A stretch of DNA of 64,000 nt from an uncultured Poribacteria bacterium (GTDB lineage: Bacteria > Poribacteria > WGA-4E > WGA-3G). The DNA is taken from assembly GCA_958296135.2 (NCBI GenBank), contig CATQHZ020000001.1:3744001-3808000 (forward strand), given 5' to 3'. Both the position numbers and the translations under genes were made by a program. Positions 55,790 to 64,000 of this stretch are shown piece by piece (position 1 is the stretch's first letter; every line of letters begins with the position of its first letter). Below the pieces are notes generated by a model, which was not told where the DNA came from, searched no databases, and saw nothing but the letters and a program-made list of their open reading frames with translations.

Positions 55790-57280
55790 CTAAGGCACCC
55801 GATGAATATAAACATCATAATCCTCACCGCGCGCATCACTCCAGACGATAATGGCTTTCCCAGCACCAGCCACTACTGCCTGCGGTGAGATTTGCTCTTT
55901 CTTCGCGGTGCAGACCGGCACCCCATCTGTTTCCCACAGAACCTCGCCATTAGCACTAAGGCGTTGCGCATAGATGGCATCCTCGGTGGTATCGCCGAAG
56001 TCTTCGCGGTAATCAAGCCAATAGGCTATCGCGCCGCCATCACCTGCGGCGACGAGCCGCGGCTCACGCTGGACCCCGGCACCGGTGCAGACCGGCACTC
56101 CCTCCATTGCCCAAAGCACTTCGCCTGCCGCGCTCACCCGCTGCGCATAGATGTCGGCGAAGATATCGCGCTCATCCCACCAAACGACGATGAAGCCGCC
56201 CGCGCCATCCGGCAGACAACTCGGCTGCTGCTGATTCACAGCCAACGTGCAGATAGGCATCCCATCCTTCTGCCAAAGCGCGGTGCCATCGGCATTGACA
56301 TGCTGCGCATACAACTGCGCACTCGTGTAGAAACGCGGATCGTTGCGATAATCTGACCAGGTGAAGAACGCCCCACCGTTCGCATCGCTGACGACAGCTG
56401 GGCCTCCCTGATTGCCCATCGCTGTGCAGATAGGCATCGCGGGCGAACCTGTTGTAGGCGCGCTTTGGAAGCGCGCATCTAAACCCCACATCGGTACGCC
56501 TGCTGCAGACAGGCGTTGCGCGAAGATGTTCCAATCCGGCGTGCTGATGTCCCACCATGCAAAAATCGCGCCGCCCGCGCCATCGGCGATTAAAACCGGG
56601 TCATACTGGTCCCCCTCGCCTTTGTAGGCAGGAACGCCGTTTTCTTCCCAAACCGGTTTTCCGGTGCCGTCAATTTTCTGTGCATAGACATCTTGATTGC
56701 CGTTTCGCCAGTCTTCCCACGTCACAATCACGCCGCCCGCGCCATCGGCGATGGCTTTCAGGCCGTCTTGTAAGGACGGTTCGGTGCAGACAGAGATGCC
56801 TTCGGGTTGCCACAATTTTGTGCCGCTTGCGTCAATGCGTTGCGCGTAGATGTCTTGGTTGCCGTAGCGCGTATCTCCCCAGACAACGATGGCACCGTCG
56901 TCTCCATCGGCTACAATCAGGGGCCAACTTTGCGCGGCGGGCGTATCACAAACGGGGATGCCATCGGGGTTCCAGAGCATCTCGCCGGTTGCGCTGACGC
57001 GCTGTGCGTAGATGTCGCGGTTTGCATCGCGGGCATCACTCCACGCCACGATGGCACCGCCCGCACCATCGGCGATTAGCACAGGGAAGTGTTGTTCGTT
57101 CTTCGCAGTGCAGAGCGGCACATTTTCTGTCGGCGAGGCAACCCAGGCTGCGAAAGCGGTGCCGATGCTCAGCAGAAGAGAAAGCAGGCAGACGCTGAAC
57201 CATTCGGGCCGCCAATAACGTAACACAGCCCTAGAAAAATTATGGAGAAAAAGTGGGTTCCTGGTCGAGGATATAGCCAA
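55790..57280 (-). CDS. Secreted repeat (beta-propeller-like) protein
   Basis: About seven DGAGGAIVAW.D.R...DIYAQR...G..LW..G.P.CT repeats; signal peptide; start uncertain. Confidence 0.75.
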   Translation of the reverse strand: MAISSTRNPLFLHNFSRAVLRYWRPEWFSVCLLSLLLSIGTAFAAWVASPTENVPLCTAKNEQHFPVLIADGAGGAIVAWSDARDANRDIYAQRVSATGEMLWNPDGIPVCDTPAAQSWPLIVADGDDGAIVVWGDTRYGNQDIYAQRIDASGTKLWQPEGISVCTEPSLQDGLKAIADGAGGVIVTWEDWRNGNQDVYAQKIDGTGKPVWEENGVPAYKGEGDQYDPVLIADGAGGAIFAWWDISTPDWNIFAQRLSAAGVPMWGLDARFQSAPTTGSPAMPICTAMGNQGGPAVVSDANGGAFFTWSDYRNDPRFYTSAQLYAQHVNADGTALWQKDGMPICTLAVNQQQPSCLPDGAGGFIVVWWDERDIFADIYAQRVSAAGEVLWAMEGVPVCTGAGVQREPRLVAAGDGGAIAYWLDYREDFGDTTEDAIYAQRLSANGEVLWETDGVPVCTAKKEQISPQAVVAGAGKAIIVWSDARGEDYDVYIHRVP

Positions 57281-58214
57281 TTGGGTTTACCCATTTTCTT
57301 TTGCGGGTGTCGTAAACGCCGTAGTGGAGATGCGGTCCGGTGCTGCGTCCCGTGTTTCCGACGTAGCCGATGACTTGCCCGCGTTTCACTTTCTGTCCTA
57401 CCTTGAGTCCGTCCACGTAACCCTTCAGATGCGCATACAAGGTTTTCAGGTGCTGTGGCGCGTGGTTCAACTCAATCATCTTGCCGAGGTATGCGTCCCG
57501 TTTTATTTTCGTAACGGTTCCATCGCCCGGCGCGAGGACTGGCACGCCTGAGCGGGTTTTGATGTCCAGTCCCCGGTGAAATTCGCGTTTTTTCGTCAAG
57601 GGATGGATGCGCGTCCCGAACGGCGAAGAATACCAGAAAACCCGCTTCTGGTTTCCTTCTGCCACTTCCAATTGAACCGGCAGCACTGAGGGATACCCGT
57701 TCGCTTGTTCTTCATGCTCGACAACGTAATCGTAAAGCGGCTGAATCTCCTGTCTCAGGATGCCGGGCGTGAGAGGTTGCGTCTCGGTATTTCCGCCGTA
57801 TGTTTCGGAGTCGGTGGGCGCGTGGTTCGTACCCGCTGGTTCCCCAAAATCGGTTTCGGTTTCCGAGTCCGATGTCGGTTCATAAGTACCGCCGCCTTGT
57901 CCGAGGATGCCCAACCCCTGTTTGACCTTCACGGCCATGTCGCGGATATCGTTCATTTCCGATTCAACGTTTTCGAGCGCTGTCTCAACGATGAGTTTCT
58001 CCTGCTCCAAGCGTTCAATTCTCTCCAATGAATCTTGTCGTTGTTTTTCGGCGGTAACCGATTTCTTTTTTTGGAAGAGTCCGTAGCCTATCCCGCCGCC
58101 TGTCCCCACAACGGCGAGGAGCACAACGAGCGCGAGTAGCAATAAGTGCCACGGTCCGATTGGATGCTGGCGGAAGGACTTACCGCCCGATGACATAATA
58201 ATGAAGGTATACAT
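57240..58214 (-). CDS. M23 family metallopeptidase with TM and coiled coil
   Basis: HRGLD, YAHL and GNTGRSTGPHLHY. Confidence 0.9.
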   Translation of the reverse strand: MYTFIIMSSGGKSFRQHPIGPWHLLLLALVVLLAVVGTGGGIGYGLFQKKKSVTAEKQRQDSLERIERLEQEKLIVETALENVESEMNDIRDMAVKVKQGLGILGQGGGTYEPTSDSETETDFGEPAGTNHAPTDSETYGGNTETQPLTPGILRQEIQPLYDYVVEHEEQANGYPSVLPVQLEVAEGNQKRVFWYSSPFGTRIHPLTKKREFHRGLDIKTRSGVPVLAPGDGTVTKIKRDAYLGKMIELNHAPQHLKTLYAHLKGYVDGLKVGQKVKRGQVIGYVGNTGRSTGPHLHYGVYDTRKRKWVNPIGYILDQEPTFSP

Positions 58215-58276
58215 CAAGAAGTTATCCTTTGCGATTGAAGTTGCAGTGGCGGTAGGCGTGCTTACCGCCACGTCGA

Positions 58277-59830
58277 TTAAATCAGCAGTTCGCTCCCGAT
58301 AGGAAAAAACTGGTCTGCGATGTGTTGTAAATCCATAGAAGTGTTGTGTTCAAACGCCACCACCTCCACGCGTTTGTCCTGTTGTTTGATGAGCTCTGCG
58401 AGCGGGCAAAAGTCACCGTCGCCACTAGCGAGTATGACGACATCCAGCGTGCCGAGCATTGAGACGACATCGACAGCGATGCCGACATCCCAATCGCCTT
58501 TCGCCGAACCGTCGCCGCGCAGACGCAAGTCCTTGCTCTTGATCGTATACCCGTTATGCTCAAGCAGTGACAGAAAGCTGGACTGATTAATCTCCGGTAT
58601 CTGCACCACATAGGCATACGCAGCCTCCAAGTGCCGCGGGCCGACTATCAGGTCGAGCAGTTTGATGTAATCCACGCGTCGGGCAAACCGGTCTTTCGCG
58701 GCGTAAAACATATTCTGGACATCCACAAATACGCCAACGCGCGGCTGCTCGGAAGTCAGCGCGTGCCTGCCGGCAGCGTCCGGCGGCGTATCCAAATAGG
58801 TGAGGGTGTCGCGAATCCGTGTCAGGGCACCGCGCGTAGCATCCTGGTTTTTTTGCAACGCGTTGTAATGCGCATCAAGGCTCGTCTGCAGCTCCTCCAA
58901 TCCCTGATTGCCTTTGTAAACCGCTTCTTCAACTAACGTCAGATCCACGGCGAAGGTTTCTTTTGCTGCCTTAATTCGTTCGTATTCCTTGAGCTGGGCC
59001 GCCGTATTTTCCTGTGCGGCAAACAAGTTCTGATTCTCATACTTCAGCTGCTGCAGCTCCTCATCGGTTTGGGTATACTGCGCCTCCCGCTCGCGGAGAA
59101 TGCTGTTCTCCTGTTCAAGGACGTTCAACCGTTTCCGGTCAACTTGATACTCCTGCTCTTTGGCTTTCAACGCCTCGTTTTCCCCAAGCAGGAACGCAAC
59201 ATGCTGCTCCAACCGCTTATGCTTCCTCTCCAGCGCCGTGTACTGCCCCCGCAAGTCATCCCGTTTGCGTTGGAGAAGCTCCATTTCCCGGGTCTGGTTT
59301 TCAAACTCCTGCTTCGCGCTTTCCAAACTGGAAGCGTATTCGGCTTGGATGCGTTCAATCTTCTCGGTAGTGAGCTGATTTTCGCGCTCGGTTTCGTGCG
59401 CAGCGCGAGTGTCCGCGTCGGCGTGTGAGATGTGCAGGAGGTTATAGCCGTGCGTCGCAACTGCTGTCCGCTCATCGGTTAAAAGAGCCCAAACGACTTC
59501 AGCGAATTCGCCCGCCTCGATGAGCGTTTCGGAAGTATCAAAAAACATTTTGATTTCCTCAACCTCCATATAGCCGACGCGGGCAATCGCTGCTTCCGCC
59601 TGTTCGGAAAAGAACTCGCAGACTGTATCTTCAACGGCAGCCTCGACAAAAAAGGCATCCGTTAAACTGGCCAACAATCGTCGTTTTGAGAGTGAGCAGA
59701 GCCTGTCTATGTCCGGCACAAGCCCTGAAAGGGTTACCAATTGGAAGACAGCACGCTGGTCTAGAAGCATACCGAGCAACCACGTGAACTGGCCCCGCCG
59801 TATTTGCAATTTTGGGTTCAATTTTGACAT
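58277..59830 (-). CDS. NYN (LabA/DUF88) nuclease-domain protein with long coiled coil
   Basis: VFVDVQNMFY, KGDWDVGIAVD and SGDGDF. Confidence 0.85.
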   Translation of the reverse strand: MSKLNPKLQIRRGQFTWLLGMLLDQRAVFQLVTLSGLVPDIDRLCSLSKRRLLASLTDAFFVEAAVEDTVCEFFSEQAEAAIARVGYMEVEEIKMFFDTSETLIEAGEFAEVVWALLTDERTAVATHGYNLLHISHADADTRAAHETERENQLTTEKIERIQAEYASSLESAKQEFENQTREMELLQRKRDDLRGQYTALERKHKRLEQHVAFLLGENEALKAKEQEYQVDRKRLNVLEQENSILREREAQYTQTDEELQQLKYENQNLFAAQENTAAQLKEYERIKAAKETFAVDLTLVEEAVYKGNQGLEELQTSLDAHYNALQKNQDATRGALTRIRDTLTYLDTPPDAAGRHALTSEQPRVGVFVDVQNMFYAAKDRFARRVDYIKLLDLIVGPRHLEAAYAYVVQIPEINQSSFLSLLEHNGYTIKSKDLRLRGDGSAKGDWDVGIAVDVVSMLGTLDVVILASGDGDFCPLAELIKQQDKRVEVVAFEHNTSMDLQHIADQFFPIGSELLI

Positions 59831-59870
59831 TGTTCACTTCCTCCGCATGGGAGGCGCGGATGTTCCATCG

Positions 59871-61196
59871 TTAAATTTTGATAATTTTTTCTCGGCCTTG
59901 GTGTATCCCCCGGGTTGCGTTGCGCGTATCAACGATGACTTGGGCGTGTTGCACAACTTTCTCGTAATCGATGCCGCCGTGGTCGGTGAGAATCACAACG
60001 CCATCGACACTTTCCACAAGCGCGGGGGTCAGCGGTTGAGAATAATAGGTTTTTGGCGCATCAAGAACAAAATCTGATACGTAAGGATCATGATACACGA
60101 AATCCGCTTTTTTGTCAAGAATTAATCGGATGACTTCAATTGCAGGGGATTCTCGGATGTCGCCGATGCCTTTTTTGTAAGCGATTCCCAAGATGAGGAG
60201 TTTTGAACCGTTGAGCGGTTTCCGTTGGAGATTCAGTGCATGCGTGATTTTGTCAAGCACATATTTCGGCATCGCACCGTTAATATCACTGGCGAGTTCG
60301 ATGAAGCGCGCGTGATGATGATAGGCACGCGCCTTCCAGGAGAGATACTGCGCATCGATGGGGATGCAGTGCCCACCAGAACCGGGCCCAGGATAAAACG
60401 GCATAAACCCGAACGGTTTCGTCGCAGCAGCATCCACAATCTCCCACACATCTAACCCCATCTTATCGCAAATCAGTGCTATCTCATTGATGAACCCAAT
60501 ATTGACACTGCGGAAGGTGTTTTCTAGCAGTTTGACCATCTCTGCGGCGCGCGGTGAAGAGACGGTGTGCGTTTTAGCGATAAATTGCTCGTAGAAGGCG
60601 GTAGCCATGTAAGTGCATTTCGGGGTAATGCCGCCAACAATCTTGGGAGTGTTCGTCATGAAATAGGTGCTATTGCCAGGCTCAATTCGTTCGGGTGAGA
60701 AGGCGAGGTAGAAATCGCGCCCTACCCGCGGACAATTCTGCGTTGTGCCAGATACCAGCATCGGTAGGACGATTTCTTCAGTTGTGCCGGGGTAGGTTGT
60801 GCTCTCCAGAATAATCAGCTGCTCGCGATGCAGGTAGCGCGTAATCTGCTGAACGGCGGCATGGATGAACTGCATATCCGGCGTTCGGTTCGCGTTCAGC
60901 GGCGTCGGCACGCAGATATTGACGGTATCCAATTCGCGAAGCACGGCATAATCTGTCGTCACCTGAATGCGTCCAGCCTCAATCAAATCGGCGAGGATTG
61001 GCCCGGGGACATCGGGAACGTCGGAGGTGCCGCGCTGCAACCGCGCGATTTTCTCCTCGCAGATATCAATGCCCGTGACGCAGAACCCGGCGTTCGCGAT
61101 GGCCACCATGAGCGGCAGCCCGACATAGCCGAGTCCGATAACACCGGCGCAAGCGGTACGGGTTTCAATTTTCTGAAGAAGCGTTTTTTCCATCAT
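59871..61196 (-). CDS. Nucleotide-sugar dehydrogenase (UDP-GlcNAc 6-dehydrogenase/WbpA-like)
   Basis: GLGYVGLP, ESTTYPGTT, FSPER, KLLENTFR and GGHCIPID. Confidence 0.9.
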   Translation of the reverse strand: MMEKTLLQKIETRTACAGVIGLGYVGLPLMVAIANAGFCVTGIDICEEKIARLQRGTSDVPDVPGPILADLIEAGRIQVTTDYAVLRELDTVNICVPTPLNANRTPDMQFIHAAVQQITRYLHREQLIILESTTYPGTTEEIVLPMLVSGTTQNCPRVGRDFYLAFSPERIEPGNSTYFMTNTPKIVGGITPKCTYMATAFYEQFIAKTHTVSSPRAAEMVKLLENTFRSVNIGFINEIALICDKMGLDVWEIVDAAATKPFGFMPFYPGPGSGGHCIPIDAQYLSWKARAYHHHARFIELASDINGAMPKYVLDKITHALNLQRKPLNGSKLLILGIAYKKGIGDIRESPAIEVIRLILDKKADFVYHDPYVSDFVLDAPKTYYSQPLTPALVESVDGVVILTDHGGIDYEKVVQHAQVIVDTRNATRGIHQGREKIIKI

Positions 61197-61798
61197 TCGC
61201 CGGTTTCCGTTAGCCAACATACTGCTGCGTAGAGGTTGGTAAAGATTTTGTCGGGTTGCGGTGTTATTGCGTTTGCATCCGCGCGCTGGGAATGAATGTA
61301 GCGACGGTAACTCTCGCGTCCATGCCCGGTTAAAACCAGTATCGTTGAGGCACCCGCGCTGTGGCCTGCCTCAATATCCGTTAGTGAATCGCCGATGAAA
61401 TATGTTCTTGACACGTCAACGCCGTGGTCGCGGGCGGCGCGAAGTAGCATTCCCGGCTTCGGCTTTCGGCACTCGCACCCGACATCTGGATGGTGTGGGC
61501 AATAGTAGACAGCGTGGATTTTTCCGCCGGCCGCCGCAACCTCGATAACCATCCGACGGTGGATATCCTTCAGGTTCTCCTCAGTAAAGATACTTCTCCC
61601 GATACCCGCCTGATTGGTAATCACAATAACACGATACCCGTTTTGTGTCAAGTTTCGGATAGCCTTCCGGGCGTTTGGAATGAAGGCGAACTCTTCCCAC
61701 GTTCCAGCATAACCGTAATTTGGTGGATTTTGGATGAAGGAGGACGCTTCCGACGTTTTGTTGATAACGCCGTCTCTATCCAGAAAAATCGTTTTCAT
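61193..61798 (-). CDS. gmhB: D-glycero-D-manno-heptose 1,7-bisphosphate phosphatase
   Basis: FLDRDGVIN, TNQAG, CPH...C.CRKP and GDSLTD. Confidence 0.88.
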   Translation of the reverse strand: MKTIFLDRDGVINKTSEASSFIQNPPNYGYAGTWEEFAFIPNARKAIRNLTQNGYRVIVITNQAGIGRSIFTEENLKDIHRRMVIEVAAAGGKIHAVYYCPHHPDVGCECRKPKPGMLLRAARDHGVDVSRTYFIGDSLTDIEAGHSAGASTILVLTGHGRESYRRYIHSQRADANAITPQPDKIFTNLYAAVCWLTETGE

Positions 61799-62790
61799 CG
61801 TGCCTCAATTGCCGCTAGCAGTTCTCCCGGTGTGACAGTCGCGCACCCCATTTTCCCTACAACAATGCCGCCGGCAAGATTGGATAACTCAGCGGCACTC
61901 CGAATATCGGCGCACCGCTTGCAACCAAGTGCGAGCGCGAAAACGGCGGTGACTGTGTCACCCGCGCCCGTTACATCGGTAACCGCGCTTGATTGCGGCG
62001 GCAGATGCTCCACTTGATTGCGCTGGAAGAGCGTCATCCCTTTTTCGTCGCGCGTCACCAACACAGCGGTGACAGCGAGCCGTTCCAAAATCTGCTCACC
62101 GGCGGCAGCAAGGCTCGCCTCATCGCTCAGTTTTGTGTCGACAGCAGCACCTGCTTCTTTCTCATTCGGCGTGACAGCGGTTACGCCTTTGTAATGCCAG
62201 AAGTTATTTTTCTTCGGATCGGCGATAATCGGGATGCGCAAGGGCTTCGCCTGTTTCACGACAGCTCGAATGAGTACCGGACTGACAACTCCCTTATCGT
62301 AGTCCGCGAAGACAATCGCATCCGTTTCTGCAAGCTGTGCGGTGACAGCATCCAGCAATCGCGCCCGCTGTCGCGCGGAGATTTGATGCTTCGCCTCTTT
62401 ATCAAGACGGAGTAAATGGTGTCCCTGCCTGTTTTTTTCTGTTCCTCCGACGATGACGCGAGTTTTCGTGCTCGTCGGCCGCTGTGCATCCGTGCAGATG
62501 CCGGTGCTGCCGATACGTCTCTCGGCGAGCATCCGGCGCAGTTCTTCCGCCGCGCTGTCTTCCCCGATGACACCGATGAGTTCTGCCTCGCCGCCTAAAC
62601 TGGCGATGTTCTGTGCGACATTCGCCGCGCCGCCGCAGCCTGTCGCTTCTGCAGTGATGTCAAACACCGGCACCGGTGCCTCCGGAGAAATTCGGTTGAC
62701 ATCGCCCCAGAGATACGCGTCAACGATGATATCCCCGATGATGATGACTCGTTTGCCTTGAAGTTGTGCAAAAAGCGTTTTTAAGTTCAC
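61795..62790 (-). CDS. rfaE1: D-glycero-beta-D-manno-heptose-7-phosphate kinase (stand-alone RfaE domain I)
   Basis: RISPEAPVPV, GGAANVA, DYDKG, TPN..E and DVTGAGDT. Confidence 0.88.
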   Translation of the reverse strand: MNLKTLFAQLQGKRVIIIGDIIVDAYLWGDVNRISPEAPVPVFDITAEATGCGGAANVAQNIASLGGEAELIGVIGEDSAAEELRRMLAERRIGSTGICTDAQRPTSTKTRVIVGGTEKNRQGHHLLRLDKEAKHQISARQRARLLDAVTAQLAETDAIVFADYDKGVVSPVLIRAVVKQAKPLRIPIIADPKKNNFWHYKGVTAVTPNEKEAGAAVDTKLSDEASLAAAGEQILERLAVTAVLVTRDEKGMTLFQRNQVEHLPPQSSAVTDVTGAGDTVTAVFALALGCKRCADIRSAAELSNLAGGIVVGKMGCATVTPGELLAAIEAR

Positions 62791-63020
62791 GAGATTATAC
62801 TAACAGACATCCGCAGGTTAAAGCAAGCAGCATTTTTATTTATCGGTACTTTACGCTATTTCATTTTTTCAAGCAAGAATTATTTTTCGGCGGAAATAGA
62901 AATCCGCCCTGACAATTCACCCGCGGATTTTGCTTGACAATTTTGATAGGATATGTTAACCTATTTTAACGTTGGAGAATGGGGATGTGAGAAGGGAGAA
63001 GGCGACGCAAAAAGAAAAAG

Positions 63021-63093
<73 letters not shown>

Positions 63094-63200
63094 ACGTTAA
63101 TAATGCGATTGTTTTAATTATACCACATTTCCGTGCGAAATGCAAATTAAATTGCACTTTTTTGCGGAAAATTATCAAAAAAACGACCGGAAGGCTCAAA

Positions 63201-64000
63201 ATGATAACGAAATCACAGATTGACACCGAAAAATTGCGGGCGAACGCGCCATTTTTCGCGCGCGTGCTCGCGGTGAACAACACGGAGCAGACGCTTCTCT
63301 TCACGCTTGAGAACCTCGGACGGCTGCCAAAAGGGTTCGATGGCGAGGTGTTCCTCCCGTTGTTCGCGCATTCAAACCCGAAAATTCGCTGTCTCGCCGT
63401 GAAAAACGTCGGGAAATTGAAAGACGAAGCGTTCTTTGAGGCAGTGTCATCGTTCGCGCGTGCCGAGAAAAACACGCTGTCTCGCCGCGAGGCAGTGTCG
63501 GCAATCGGCAGGCTCAAAACCGAGAAGGCGATTCCGGTGCTGAGTCAGTTCCTGACAGACCCGGATCCGAAGATTATCCTGCAGGCAGTGCGCGGATTGC
63601 TCTGCTTCAAGGAGCACCCAGAAGTCCAGCAGTGCTTAACGCCGCTTTGCGAACATCCCAATGAGCTCCTCCGGGAACACGTCACGCAGGCGTTGGCACC
63701 TGTTCGTGCGTCCGAAAGCATCGCGCATAGCCGGCGAAAACTCCCGCATTCTATCAGCCCCACCTTCCTGAAAAACGTGGTTGTCTGTGCGGATGTCAGT
63801 GAAGCTTTGCAAACGATTCCTGCAGAGTCAGTGCATCTCACGTTCACGTCGCCGCCCTACTACAACGCGCGCGATTACACGATTTTTGAGAGTTACGAGG
63901 CGTATCTCGAATTTCTCGTCGCCGTTTTCGCGGAGACGCATCGGATAACGAAAGAGGGAAGGTTCCTCGTGCTGAACACGTCCCCGGTCATCGTGCCGCG
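63201..64000 (+). CDS. HEAT-repeat domain fused to beta-class N4/N6 DNA methyltransferase (partial)
   Basis: Hand translation from ATG 63201: HEAT-like RREAVSAIGRL..EKAIPVL..FL.D.DP, then VHLTFTSPPYYNARDY and HRITKEG. The frame is open to the window end. Confidence 0.8.
   Translation, partial: MITKSQIDTEKLRANAPFFARVLAVNNTEQTLLFTLENLGRLPKGFDGEVFLPLFAHSNPKIRCLAVKNVGKLKDEAFFEAVSSFARAEKNTLSRREAVSAIGRLKTEKAIPVLSQFLTDPDPKIILQAVRGLLCFKEHPEVQQCLTPLCEHPNELLREHVTQALAPVRASESIAHSRRKLPHSISPTFLKNVVVCADVSEALQTIPAESVHLTFTSPPYYNARDYTIFESYEAYLEFLVAVFAETHRITKEGRFLVLNTSPVIVP

Overview
A 64 kb stretch of bacterial chromosome, inferred to be Candidatus Poribacteria or a close relative. The inference rests on a LamG protein with an AVDPSGKLSTTWGRLK tail, a YWTD protein ending in LLANYPNPFNPETW, and PhyH, WD40, HEAT and TPR proteins. 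It carries housekeeping genes (iscS, msrA, accD, topA, ftsEX, polX, ugd, gmhB, hldE-type kinase, tRNA-Ala). A five-gene ATP-grasp/alpha-E/transglutaminase cluster is interrupted twice: by a type IIG/ISP-like restriction-modification gene with two small paralogues, and by a non-autonomous IS607-like element with a frameshifted tnpB. There is also a HigB toxin paired with a HigA-TPR fusion, and two further methyltransferases. GTAG-hairpin (REP-like) repeats are dense. They form tandem arrays, nest inside each other, supply stop codons and sit in-frame inside proteins. The most striking unannotated feature is at 22.4-22.8 kb. A consensus promoter drives a leader ORF broken by a C9 tract. After a one-base shift this ORF would run through a multi-hairpin leader that hides the downstream Shine-Dalgarno, and would stop in a TGATG overlap with a lipoprotein start. 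This is a candidate poly-C translational-coupling ON/OFF switch. All calls come from reading motifs by eye; no searches were run.
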